The translations under genes and the position numbers were made by a program. A stretch of 64,000 nucleotides of DNA from a bacterium (GTDB lineage: Bacteria > UBA8248): positions 32,001 to 96,000 of the forward strand of contig CBDBZY010000029.1 in NCBI GenBank assembly GCA_965213685.1, written 5' to 3'. The notes under the pieces are model-generated. The model was given only the letters and a program-made list of their open reading frames with translations, had not been told where the DNA came from and ran no database searches. Below are positions 41,584 through 51,354 of this stretch, one piece after another (the first letter of the stretch is position 1; every line of letters starts with the position of its first letter).

Positions 41584-43035
41584 ATGTCCGGCTGGCAGGA
41601 TGACCATCCGAGAGAAGAATGCGGCGTCTTCGGGATTTACGGCCATCCCGAGGCGGCCAACATGGCGTATCTCGGCCTCTACTCCCTCCAGCACAGGGGA
41701 CAGGAGAGCTCCGGCATCGTGGCCTCCGACGGCGAGAGGGTGCACAGCGAAGTCGGCATGGGGCTGGTGGCCGACGTCTTCACGAAAGAGCGCATCTCCA
41801 AACTCCGGGGGCACATCGCCATCGGGCACAACCGCTATTCCACCGCGGGGCAATCCGACATCAAGAACGCCCAACCCTTTTTGGTGAACTACGCCAAGGG
41901 AACGCTCGCCCTCGGCCACAACGGAAACCTCGTCAACGGCGGCGCCCTGCGCGCGGAACTGGAAGCCACCGGCTCCATATTTCGCAGCGCGACGGACCAG
42001 CGAGGTCATCCTGCACCTCATCGCCCGCTCCGGGGAGAAAACCATCGAGGGCGCCATCATAGAGGCCTTCCAGCGGCTCGAGGGCGCCTACACGCTCACG
42101 ATGATGACCGAGGACGCGCTGATAGGGACACGGGACCCCCACGGCTTCCGCCCCCTCGTTCTGGGCAAACTCCCCTCCGATCCGCCCGAGCTTGACTCCT
42201 GGGTTCTCGCGAGCGAGACGTGCGCGCTCGACCTGATTGACGCCGCCTACGTGCGCGAAATAGAGCCGGGCGAGATGATCGTGATAGATCGGAACGGTCC
42301 AAGGAGCATCAGCCATTCCCCCGCCCGTCCAGCACCAGCAATGCATCTTCGAGTTCATTTACTTCGCTCGTCCGGACAGCTTCATCTTTGGCAAAAACGC
42401 CTATTCCGTCCGACAGGCGCTGGGCGCGCAGCTCGCCAGGGAGGACGATCTGGAAGCGGACGTCGTCATCCCCGTTCCCGACTCCGGCCTCGCCCGCCGC
42501 GCTTGGATACGCGAACGCCTCGGGCCTTCCGCTCGAATGGGGACTGATACGCAACCACTACGTGGGCCGCACGTTCATCGAGCCGGAGCAGTCCATCCGG
42601 CATTTCGGCGTCAAGCTCAAGCTGAACCCCATCAAGGAGCTGTTGGCGGACAGGCGGGTCGTCGTGGTCGACGACTCCCTCGTGCGGGGCACGACGAGCA
42701 AGAAAATCGTGGAACTCATCCAGCGGGCGGGCGCGAGGGAGGTGCATATGCGCATCAGCTCTCCCCCCATCACCCACCCGTGCTTTTTCGGCATCGACAT
42801 GCCCACCCTCTCGGAACTCAAGGCCTCCTCGCAAAGCGTCGAGGAAATCAGGCGCTTCATCGGGGCGGACAGCCTTCGCTACCTCTCGCTGGAGGGCCTG
42901 CTCCACTGCGTTCACCCCAACGAGCGCGCATTTTGCACGGCGTGTTTTTCCGGGGAGTATCCGATGCGCGTCGAGCCGAACGATCATCAGCTCTCTCTTT
43001 TTCGGGAATCCCGCACCTCCGAGCACCGCGTATAG
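41584..43035 (+). CDS. purF: Amidophosphoribosyltransferase, broken by three +1 frameshifts (probable sequence errors)
   Basis: EECGVFG and LQHRGQE, then RDPHGFRPL, then [13 protein letters not shown], then [10 protein letters not shown], in successive frames. Shifts near 42000, 42320 and 42490. Confidence 0.9.
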
Positions 43036-43039
43036 GAAT

Positions 43040-43068
43040 TTGACCGGGCGATCCATGGCGGGTATGCT
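43040..43068 (+). promoter_or_regulatory. Putative sigma70 promoter of the mltD-like gene
   Basis: TTGACC-N17-TATGCT. Confidence 0.5.
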
Positions 43069-43146
43069 GTGCACGCAGGCAACGGCTGGTTCCGTCTTCT
43101 CGGCCGCAAAGCGAGACAACAACCGGAGGAGCGCCTGTCCTTGGGC

Positions 43147-44829
43147 ATGAAACGGAAACTCCCGCTTTTCATCATCCTGCTCGCCACCGGCTGCGGCGCA
43201 GCGCCTGTCGTCGAGAACCGCATCCCTCCCCGGGAAGCGGCTGCGACCGAATCGGCCGAAACGCAGGCCCGCGTCGCCGTCGTCCCCGCGAAGCGCGCGT
43301 CGGCGCCCCAACGGCTCTCCGCACCCATCGGGGAAACCCTCCCGCCCGCCGCGGAACCCGCGCTCCCCCAAGGCGAGGGAGGCGGACAAAGACGCGGAAC
43401 CCTCTCCGCACGACATCAGCCTGCCCATCGCCGGAAATCGAAGAGGGTTTCCTCCCTTCGCCGACGCCGCCCGCCCAGGTGCCGCCGGCCTTTTTGTATG
43501 ACGTTGCCCGTCGTTCGCAACGCCCTCGTGGACAGGTGGATCGAATACTTCACGGGGCCTGGACGCGCGAGTTTCGCTCGCTGGCTGGGCAGGAGCGGCC
43601 GCTACGTCGGCATGTTCCGCGAAATTCTGGAGGAAAACGCCCTGCCGCAGGATCTCGCGTATCTGTGTCTGATCGAGAGCGGGTTCAGCCTCAAGGCGCG
43701 CTCCAGAGCGGGCGCCGTCGGCCCGTGGCAGTTCATGCCGGGCACCGCGAGGATGATGGGGCTGAAGATCAACTTCTACGTAGACGAGCGGCGCAACCCG
43801 ATCAAGGCGACCCGCGCCGCCTCGGCGTATCTCTCGCAACTCTACGAGGAGTTTGGCGACTGGCATCTGGCGCTCGCCGGATACAACGCGGGGGAGCGCC
43901 GCGTCATCCGGGCAATGCGCAGATCAGGGAAAAGGGACTACTGGTCCCTCGCCAGAACGAGATATTTGCCCAACGAGACGCGCCACTATGTCGCCAAATA
44001 CCTGGCGGGGATGATCATCGCCAAAAATCCGGAAGTTTTCGGCTTCGTCGGCATCGATTACGACGCCCCGTGGGATTATCCGTCCATCGCGCTTCCGCAC
44101 GGCATCAGCCTGCGGGCCATCGCGCGCGCGGCGAACGTTCCGCTGCGCACGTTGCGGCGCATCAACGCGGAGCTGCGAACCTCCGTCACGCCTCCGGGGC
44201 GGGGATACCACGTTTTTCTGCCGAACGAGGCAGCTGCGCGTTTCGCCGTCAAGCTGGAGAAGTTCCCCAGAGAGTACGCCTCGGCGAACGGGTATTACCG
44301 GATACGTCGCGGCGACACTTTCGGCGTCATCGCGCAAAGGTTCCGGATTCCGCTCCGCAGGCTCATGGAGGCGAACGCCCACATCCATCCCCGAAAACTT
44401 CGCCTCGGCACCAGGATTCTCCTCCCCACGTCAGGAACAAGCCGCCGGGAGGCGGCGCGCCGACGAAAGCCCGCACCGCCCGCCATGCCGAGGACGCACG
44501 TCGTGCGGGACGGGGAGAGCTTCTGGCACATCGCCCAAAAATACAACGTCTCCACCCGACAGCTGGTCCGGCTCAATCCGGGGCTCCGCCCGAAGCGCAT
44601 ACGGGTCGGCGCGAAAATTCGCCTCCCCTCCCCCCGGCGTCTCGCAAAGGCGAAAAAAAATCAGGCACCGGCCCCGAAGAGGCCATCGCACCACGTCGTC
44701 GGCCCGGGAGAGAACATCTGGCTCATCGCCAAACGATACGGAATTCCCGCAAAATCCCTGCTCGCCTGGAACCGGCTGGCTCCCTCGGACAAAATTTTCC
44801 CCGGCAACAAGCTCAAAATCCGCCGATAG
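43147..44829 (+). CDS. mltD: MltD-like lytic transglycosylase lipoprotein with three LysM domains
   Basis: Lipobox LATG-C; SLT motifs IESG, AVGPWQFM, ALAGYNAG and ETRHYV; three LysM repeats. Confidence 0.87.
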   Translation: MKRKLPLFIILLATGCGAAPVVENRIPPREAAATESAETQARVAVVPAKRASAPQRLSAPIGETLPPAAEPALPQGEGGGQRRGTLSARHQPAHRRKSKRVSSLRRRRPPRCRRPFCMTLPVVRNALVDRWIEYFTGPGRASFARWLGRSGRYVGMFREILEENALPQDLAYLCLIESGFSLKARSRAGAVGPWQFMPGTARMMGLKINFYVDERRNPIKATRAASAYLSQLYEEFGDWHLALAGYNAGERRVIRAMRRSGKRDYWSLARTRYLPNETRHYVAKYLAGMIIAKNPEVFGFVGIDYDAPWDYPSIALPHGISLRAIARAANVPLRTLRRINAELRTSVTPPGRGYHVFLPNEAAARFAVKLEKFPREYASANGYYRIRRGDTFGVIAQRFRIPLRRLMEANAHIHPRKLRLGTRILLPTSGTSRREAARRRKPAPPAMPRTHVVRDGESFWHIAQKYNVSTRQLVRLNPGLRPKRIRVGAKIRLPSPRRLAKAKKNQAPAPKRPSHHVVGPGENIWLIAKRYGIPAKSLLAWNRLAPSDKIFPGNKLKIRR

Positions 44830-44842
44830 CGCCAAAGGATTC

Positions 44843-44872
44843 TTGACACCCGTTCTCCTGCTCTCCTAAGAT
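44843..44872 (+). promoter_or_regulatory. Putative sigma70 promoter of bamD
   Basis: TTGACA-N18-TAAGAT. Confidence 0.5.
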
Positions 44873-44938
44873 GCACGGTGGCGCCACAGGCGCAAGGATG
44901 CATCTCGGCCCATCTTCTGCTTTTGGATAGGGAACGAC

Positions 44939-45712
44939 ATGACCCATCGCACTGCACGCCGCTTCCCGCTTGTCGCCTTCTCCCTGGCCTGCCTGCTCCT
45001 CATCTCGAGCGGCTGCGTCTCGCGTCCGAAAGAGCAGGCCTCGCCCGGGGAGTTGCTCGTCCTCGGCGAGGAGGATTTGCGAACCGAGCGCTTCGAGGCG
45101 GCGCGCCTCGCGTTCAAGCGCCTGCTGGAGGAATACCCCAACAGCAAGCACCGCAGAAGGGCGTTGCTGCGCCTCGCGGATTCATACTACAAAGAGGAGG
45201 AGTACATCGAATCGAAGCTGCAGTATTTTGAATACGTGCGCCTCTACCCGGTGAGCGCGGGGACGCCGAAAGCCTATTATTTTCTCGCGATGAGCGACTA
45301 CCAGCGCAAGCTGGCACCCGACCAGGACGCATCGGTCGCGAAAGACGCCCTCGAGAATTTTCAAACCCTCGTCAGTCGCTTTCCCCGCTCGCAGTACGCC
45401 GCCGACGCGACCAACAAGATTCTCGAGTTGCGGGAGCACCTCGCCAAGCACGCCATATTCATCGCCAATTTCTATTACAGAACCGATCTGCGCGTCTCGG
45501 CGATTCCGCGCTACAAGGAAATTATCCGGGACTTCGAGGACGTCCCCCACATTCGGGCCGAGGCCATCTACAAACTCGCGGAGAGCTATCGGGCGGAGGA
45601 GAGCTTCGAGAAGGCGGGAGAGGCCTATCACGCGCTTTTGAAGTCATATCCCGGCAGCGCGTACGCCTCGGCGGCACACGATAGCCTCCTCACCCTCACG
45701 GGCAGAAAATGA
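44939..45712 (+). CDS. bamD: Outer membrane protein assembly lipoprotein BamD
   Basis: Lipobox ISSG-C, TPR repeats, DQD...FP.SQYA and IANFYY. Confidence 0.85.
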   Translation: MTHRTARRFPLVAFSLACLLLISSGCVSRPKEQASPGELLVLGEEDLRTERFEAARLAFKRLLEEYPNSKHRRRALLRLADSYYKEEEYIESKLQYFEYVRLYPVSAGTPKAYYFLAMSDYQRKLAPDQDASVAKDALENFQTLVSRFPRSQYAADATNKILELREHLAKHAIFIANFYYRTDLRVSAIPRYKEIIRDFEDVPHIRAEAIYKLAESYRAEESFEKAGEAYHALLKSYPGSAYASAAHDSLLTLTGRK

Positions 45713-45771
45713 CCTCCCCGCGAACCCGGGCCACTTCTCCAGCCGACCTCGCCACATGCGGGTAACTCCCG

Positions 45772-46773
45772 ATGTCTGAGTCGAGCTCCGAGGAGCCCGA
45801 AGGCAGGAGTTTCCCCGACGCCGCGCCGGGCAACATCCCCGGGACGAAAGAAAAACGGGCCGGCTTCCACCCGACGAGCGATGCCGCCGATCGAGCCGCG
45901 CTACCCGACATCTCCAACGACTCCGAGGGAGCGGAACCAGCGGGTTCCCCCGCCACGGACGTCTTGTCCATGTACATGCGAGACATCGGCGCCCACCCTG
46001 TTCTCACGCGCGCGGAGGAGCGCGCCCTCGCCCTGCGCTCCCGAAAGGGGGACGAGGAGGCGTTCGGCCAACTCGTTCGCTCGAATTTGCGCTACGTCAT
46101 CAGCGTGGCAAAACGCTACAGACACTTCGGGCTTTCCCTCGAGGACTTGATCAACGAGGGCAACATCGGGCTGATCCACGCGATCAGGCGCTTCGATCCG
46201 GAGAAGGGCGTCAAGCTCATCACCTACGCCGTATGGTGGATCAGACAGAGCATCATGCACGCGATGGCGGATCAGAAGAACACCGTCCGGCTCCCCGTCA
46301 AGCAGGCCGGCCTCCTCCACAAAATTTCCATCACGCACGAGAGGCTCCGCCAGGATCTGAAGCGCGAACCGACGATGTCGGAGCTCTCCGAGCAACTCGA
46401 CCTCAAGGCGGCCGACATCTGCAAACTCATGCGCGCCAATCAGCACTGCCTCTCCCTCGACGCCGCCGTCTCTCCCGACGATGACACCAGCTACCTCGAC
46501 CTGCTCGAGGAGCAAGACGCCGTATCCGTGGAAGAAAGCGCGGCGCGCCACTCCCTCGAAGAAGAGGTGGAAGACCTGCTGCAGGAGCTCGACCCCCGGG
46601 AGCGCGAGATCATCCGGATGCGCTACGGATTCGATGGAGAGGCGATGACGCTGGAGGAAATCGGACGCAAGCTCGGGCTGTCGCGCGAGAGGGTCAGACA
46701 GATAGAAAAAAAAGTGATCCACCGCTTCCGCGCGCAAGGCAGCCACCAGGTGCTGCATGATTTTCTGGGTTGA
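45772..46773 (+). CDS. Sigma70-family (RpoD/RpoS-like) sigma factor lacking region 1.1
   Basis: Region 1.2 DVLSMYMRDIG, NLRYVISVAKRY, YAVWWIRQ and TLEEIG...SRERVRQIE. Confidence 0.92.
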   Translation: MSESSSEEPEGRSFPDAAPGNIPGTKEKRAGFHPTSDAADRAALPDISNDSEGAEPAGSPATDVLSMYMRDIGAHPVLTRAEERALALRSRKGDEEAFGQLVRSNLRYVISVAKRYRHFGLSLEDLINEGNIGLIHAIRRFDPEKGVKLITYAVWWIRQSIMHAMADQKNTVRLPVKQAGLLHKISITHERLRQDLKREPTMSELSEQLDLKAADICKLMRANQHCLSLDAAVSPDDDTSYLDLLEEQDAVSVEESAARHSLEEEVEDLLQELDPREREIIRMRYGFDGEAMTLEEIGRKLGLSRERVRQIEKKVIHRFRAQGSHQVLHDFLG

Positions 46774-47384
46774 CCATGACCGAGGCGAAAGAAAGAAAAC
46801 CGGCTCCTCTCCCCCCGGGCTGGCGGAAGGCGACCTCGCGCCTCATCGCGAGCGGAACCGGCGAGAAGCTGACGCTCTCCAACACCCTCACCTTCGCCCG
46901 CATTCTGATGGTTCCGCTGCTCGTCCTGTTCCTGCTGCAAGGATCGCCCCCCGCGCAATACTTTGCCGCCGGCCTGTTTGTGATGGCCGCCTTCACGGAC
47001 TGGCTCGACGGCCATCTCGCCAGAACGCGCGGCCAGATTACGCCGCTGGGAGAGATTCTCGACCCTGTGGCCGACAAGCTGCTCATACTCGCCGCCCTGA
47101 TCCCCCTGGTATCGCTCGGGAAGGTGGACGCCTGGGTCGTGGGGATACTCCTCGGCCGGGAGCTCGTGGTGACCGCCTTTCGCGCCGTGGCCATGCGACA
47201 GGGACTGGTGGTGCCGGCGGGTGCGCTCGGCAAAATCAAGATGGGGCTCGAGGTCGCCGCAATCTTCTTCCTGATCCTGGGCCTCCTCCCCCCCCTGGGC
47301 ACCGTTTTGATATGGGCCGCCATGGCGGCGGCGGTCATCTCCGCGATTGATTATTTTCGGCAGATCATTCGGAGCCTCCCTTGA
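46770..47384 (+). CDS. pgsA: Phosphatidylglycerophosphate synthase
   Basis: TDWLDGHLAR...G.ILDPVADK motif. Confidence 0.9.
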   Translation: MTMTEAKERKPAPLPPGWRKATSRLIASGTGEKLTLSNTLTFARILMVPLLVLFLLQGSPPAQYFAAGLFVMAAFTDWLDGHLARTRGQITPLGEILDPVADKLLILAALIPLVSLGKVDAWVVGILLGRELVVTAFRAVAMRQGLVVPAGALGKIKMGLEVAAIFFLILGLLPPLGTVLIWAAMAAAVISAIDYFRQIIRSLP

Positions 47385-47989
47385 TTCCCGCCCTCGTTCT
47401 CCTCCTCCTTGCCGCCGGATGCCTCGGCGCCATCCCGTTCGGGGTGGTGGTCACCCGGCTGCTCGGCGCCACGGACCCGCGAACGTCGGGAAGCGGAAAC
47501 ATCGGCGCGACGAACGTCCTGAGAACGAGCGGATGGAAGGGCGGCGTCCTCACCCTGGCGCTCGACGTGCTCAAGGGCGCGGCGGCCGTCCTTCTCGCCC
47601 GCTACGTCGCCGCGCGGATCGCCGCGCCGTCCCTGGAGCCTCTCGCCGCCCTCGCGGCGGTGATCGGCCACATGTATTCGCCGTTCACGGGATTCCGCGG
47701 GGGCAAGGGCGTGGCCACCGGCCTGGGCGCGTTCGCACTGCTGGCGCCGGGGCCGACGACCGTCGCGGCGCTCGTCTTCATCGGCGCGGTGGCCTCGACG
47801 CGTTACGTGTCCGTCGGCTCCATCCTCGCCGCGGCGACGGTGCCGACTGCGGGCTTCGCCATGGGCTATCCCGCGATGGCGTGCGCCTCCGCCGGCGTCG
47901 TCTGTTTGTTGGTGATCTGGAAGCATCGGGACAACATCGAAAGACTGGCGCGCGGGGAGGAGCATCGCGTCGGCCAGAAGAAAGGATGA
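47381..47989 (+). CDS. plsY: Glycerol-3-phosphate acyltransferase PlsY
   Basis: GSGNIGATN, FRGGKGVAT and HRDNIERL motifs. Confidence 0.95.
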   Translation: MIPALVLLLLAAGCLGAIPFGVVVTRLLGATDPRTSGSGNIGATNVLRTSGWKGGVLTLALDVLKGAAAVLLARYVAARIAAPSLEPLAALAAVIGHMYSPFTGFRGGKGVATGLGAFALLAPGPTTVAALVFIGAVASTRYVSVGSILAAATVPTAGFAMGYPAMACASAGVVCLLVIWKHRDNIERLARGEEHRVGQKKG

Positions 47990-48042
47990 AACCCTTTCCG
48001 GCAGCGGGGGGCGTCCGGCGCCCCTAACCCATTGGAGAGACC

Positions 48043-48408
48043 ATGCTCACGGGCTGTTCCCCGGTTTTTCTTCTCGTCATTCTGGGCGTGGGAATCGGGA
48101 GCTGGATTTTTGGAAACCACACCGCCGCCCGCATCACCGGTCTCGGGGCGATCACCGCGTTTCTCGCCTACTTTGCCCTGTTGAACTGGACGGCGCAGAA
48201 CCGCCAGAAACAGGCGGCGGACTCCCCCCGGGAGAAGGATTTGTATCAGGAGATCACCGGCCCGCACGACGAGGGGACGCGCAGAGAAATTTTTACCGAA
48301 CAGGACAAGGCGGAATGGCGCAGCTATCTCAAGACGGAGGGGAAAATCCTCTGGTTCGGCGTGGGAGGGCTGCTACTGGCGTTGCTCTATCTCATCCTGA
48401 AGGGCTAG
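48043..48408 (+). CDS. Hypothetical three-TM membrane protein
   Basis: GGAGA RBS; two N-terminal and one C-terminal hydrophobic segments. Confidence 0.6.
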   Translation: MLTGCSPVFLLVILGVGIGSWIFGNHTAARITGLGAITAFLAYFALLNWTAQNRQKQAADSPREKDLYQEITGPHDEGTRREIFTEQDKAEWRSYLKTEGKILWFGVGGLLLALLYLILKG

Positions 48409-48425
48409 AGGTTGGCCGGAACCGC

Positions 48426-49532
48426 CTACGCAAAAAACCGGGCCACGGCGTCCGCCACCATCTCCAGGTCGGCGTCCGGCAGTTCGGGATAGACGGGCAG
48501 CGACAACACCTGCGCCGCCGCCGCCTCGCTCTCGGGCAAGTCCCCCTTTTTGTATCCCCCGAAGCAGGGCTGAAAATGCAGGGGCGAGGGATAGTACACC
48601 CCGCACCCGACGCCGTTCGCGGCCAGATGCGCCTGAAGCGCGCCCCGCTCAGGCGTCCGCACCACATACTGGTGAAACACGTGGTCCTCCCCGGGAATCG
48701 AGGGCGGGGCGAACCGCTCCCCGATGATTCCGCTGGCCTCGAACATGGACTGATACTTCCGGGCGTTCTCCCGTCTTTTTTCGTTCCATCTCCCCAGGCG
48801 TTCGAGCTTGACGGACAAAGCGGCCGCCTGCATCGTGTCCATCCTGAAATTCCCCCCCACCTCGGAATACTCGGAATTATCGGGCGAGCCGTGAATCCGC
48901 AGCCTGCGAATGCGCTCGGCCCGCGCTCCGTCTCGCACCAGCACCATCCCGGCGTCGCCGAGTGCGCCGAGATTTTTGGTGGGATAGAACGAGAGACAGC
49001 CAGCATCCCCGATGGCGCCGGCCACGCCCAGGCGCAGCCGGGCGCCGACCGCCTGGGCGGCGTCCTCCACCACGAAAAGACGGAAGCGCCGCGCGATCTC
49101 GAGAATCTCCGCCATCGGCGCGCAGCGGCCATACATGTGAACGGGGATGACGCCCCTCGTCCGCCGCGTGATGGCGGCCTCCACCCGCTCCGGGGCCAGG
49201 TTGAACGTGGCGGGGTCAATGTCCACGAACACCGGCCTCGCCCCCAGGCGCTGGACGACGCCCGCCGTGGAGAAAAACGTGAACGCCGACGTGATGATCT
49301 CGTCTCCCGGGCGGACGTCGTTCGCCATCAGCGCCAGCAGCAGGGCGTCCGTGCCCGAGGAGACGCCGATCGCGTGGACCGCGCCGCAGTAGGCCGCCAT
49401 CTCGGACTCGAAAGCGCCGATCTCCGCTCCCATGACGAACCTTTGGTGGTCCATCACCTCTTCGATGGCCGCCAGCGTCCGCGCCTTCAGCGGCCTGTTT
49501 TGCGCTTCCAGATCATACAGGGGTATGCGCAT
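48426..49532 (-). CDS. DegT/DnrJ/EryC1/StrS sugar aminotransferase
   Basis: SSGTDAL, PVHMYG, EDAAQA and SFYPTKNLG motifs. Confidence 0.93.
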   Translation of the reverse strand: MRIPLYDLEAQNRPLKARTLAAIEEVMDHQRFVMGAEIGAFESEMAAYCGAVHAIGVSSGTDALLLALMANDVRPGDEIITSAFTFFSTAGVVQRLGARPVFVDIDPATFNLAPERVEAAITRRTRGVIPVHMYGRCAPMAEILEIARRFRLFVVEDAAQAVGARLRLGVAGAIGDAGCLSFYPTKNLGALGDAGMVLVRDGARAERIRRLRIHGSPDNSEYSEVGGNFRMDTMQAAALSVKLERLGRWNEKRRENARKYQSMFEASGIIGERFAPPSIPGEDHVFHQYVVRTPERGALQAHLAANGVGCGVYYPSPLHFQPCFGGYKKGDLPESEAAAAQVLSLPVYPELPDADLEMVADAVARFFA

Positions 49533-49593
49533 GGGGCGTGTTCGGCCTTATCGAGGCGGCTCATTTTCCGTTGCGGGGCAAGGCGCATTCAAC

Positions 49594-49680
49594 TGGTGCC
49601 GGAGGCCGGACTCGAACCGGCAAGGGGTCGCCCCCGGTGGATTTTGAGTCCACTGCGTCTACCAATTCCGCCACTCCGGC
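49594..49680 (-). tRNA. tRNA-Leu (anticodon CAA)
   Basis: GCCGGAGTGGCGGAATTGGTAGACGCAGTGGACTCAAAATCCAC...GGTTCGAGTCCGGCCTCCGGCACCA; long variable arm and encoded CCA. Confidence 0.97.
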
Positions 49681-49759
49681 AGAAAGAGCGCCCAACTTAG
49701 CCTGTCCCCGCGCTCTCTGGCAAGATGCGTCCCGCATTTTCGGCCCGGGGGCGCGAGGC

Positions 49760-49996
49760 TCAGCCGTCATACTCCGCCCAGCCCGACGCCGAAACCTCCT
49801 GCGCGTCCACCCGCCAGGCGACGGAATCCTCGCACCCGGGACATAAGACGATAAAACGCCCCTCGCGCTCCTCTTCCATCTCATCCTCGAACACCCGGAG
49901 GCAGTTGCGGCAGTGCACCCGGCCGCAAGCGGTGCACGCATTCGGACGCGGATGCCGAAAGCGCAAGCCGCACGCGGGACACTCATGGGTTTCCAC
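49760..49996 (-). CDS. Small 8-Cys double zinc-finger protein
   Basis: GGAGGGG RBS, GTG start, four CxxC pairs (CPAC, CTAC, CRNC, CPGC). Confidence 0.65.
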   Translation of the reverse strand: METHECPACGLRFRHPRPNACTACGRVHCRNCLRVFEDEMEEEREGRFIVLCPGCEDSVAWRVDAQEVSASGWAEYDG

Positions 49997-50237
49997 GTTT
50001 TCCCCTCCATCTTCGCCGCCGCCCGTCGTGCGGCTTCCTCGGGAGTTTTCGGGTCGGTCCGGGAGGCCGCCGAACCAGGAGGGCGTATGACAGGCGCGAG
50101 GCGCCTCCAAAATCCCTCCAAAGGGCGCGCGCCATCATGGGGAGGCACCATGGCGGGGCGCTCCCGAATTTGCTAGGTTACGATGAAATTCAAACCCATC
50201 CAACTTCTCTCCCCCGCTCCGGGAGGAGGCACTTGCC

Positions 50238-51011
50238 ATGATCATCGACACGGACCGCCTGGATGACTACGACCTCGTCGACCTGAGCCACCCCTGGGGC
50301 CATGGCGCTCCGCTGTGGCCCTATTTTCCCGATCTGAAGATCGAACGATTCCACTACCACGCCAAAAGCCAGGTGCTGAGCCAGCAAATCACCACCTTCA
50401 TGCACTGCACCACCCATACGGACGCTCCGGCCCACGTCATCGAGGGAATGCCGTTCATGGATCAGGTGCCGCTTCGGAGCTATTTCGGCAACGCCGTTTG
50501 CGTCGATATCCCCAAGGGGGAGTGGGAGGTCATCACGCCTGAGGATCTGGAAAACGCGGAGCCGGAGATTCGGCCGGGCGACATCGTCATCGTGCACACC
50601 GGATGGCACCGCCACTATGGCGACAACACCAAATACTTCATCTATTCCCCCGGCCTCTACAAGGAGGCCGGCGAGTGGTTCGTGGAACGCGGCGTGAAGG
50701 GCGTGGGCGTGGATCAACAGGCGCTCGACCACCCGCTGGGAACGAAAATCGCCTGGGGGCCTCAGCCCATATGCCCGTTCACCCTCGATGAATACCGAGA
50801 GCGCTTCGGCCGCTCCACCAGCGAGGATTTTCCCGACTGGGAGCCCTGCCACCGCGCGCTCCTGGGGAATGGAATCGTCGGCTTCGAGAACGTCGGGGGA
50901 GACGTCGCCAGGGTCGTGGGCAAACGATTCGCCCTCGCCGCCTTCCCGTGGCGCTGGACGGGCGGCGATGGCTGCATCGTGAGAATGGTGGCGTTTCTCC
51001 CCAGAGGCTAG
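50238..51011 (+). CDS. Cyclase-family (kynurenine formamidase-like) metallohydrolase
   Basis: DLSHPW, HCTTHTDAPAH, GDIVIVHTGW and GFENVGG motifs. Confidence 0.88.
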   Translation: MIIDTDRLDDYDLVDLSHPWGHGAPLWPYFPDLKIERFHYHAKSQVLSQQITTFMHCTTHTDAPAHVIEGMPFMDQVPLRSYFGNAVCVDIPKGEWEVITPEDLENAEPEIRPGDIVIVHTGWHRHYGDNTKYFIYSPGLYKEAGEWFVERGVKGVGVDQQALDHPLGTKIAWGPQPICPFTLDEYRERFGRSTSEDFPDWEPCHRALLGNGIVGFENVGGDVARVVGKRFALAAFPWRWTGGDGCIVRMVAFLPRG

Positions 51012-51337
51012 CTGGCGGCTACCGGCTTTTTGGCCTCCTTCTGGGCGGTTTTCGCCGCCTCGCCGCTGGCCGCCGCCTCTTTCTTGTCGGCGACTTTCTC
51101 CGCTGGCTTGGAATCAGAGGCCGCGCTCCCGGCGTCCTCCTTCTTCTCCTTGCCGTTCGAGGCGTAGTCCGTCACATACCAGCCCGTTCCCTTCAGATGG
51201 AAGGCGGAGCGGGAGATTTTCCGCCGGAGGCCGAGCGCGCCGCAACCCGGACACTCCCGGAGCGCGTCGTCCCCCATCCTCTGGATAACCTCGTGCTCCT
51301 CCCCGCATGTGCTGCATTCATATTCGTAGATCGGCAC
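51008..51337 (-). CDS. FmdB-family zinc-ribbon protein
   Basis: PIYEYECSTCG...CPGCG...FHLKGTGWYVTDY. Confidence 0.9.
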   Translation of the reverse strand: MPIYEYECSTCGEEHEVIQRMGDDALRECPGCGALGLRRKISRSAFHLKGTGWYVTDYASNGKEKKEDAGSAASDSKPAEKVADKKEAAASGEAAKTAQKEAKKPVAAS

Positions 51338-51354
51338 TTCACACCTCTCCTGTC

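Noticed and set aside
49540-49700. tRNA-Leu as an integration site
   Set aside because: No integrase and no duplicated tRNA 3' end seen in the window.
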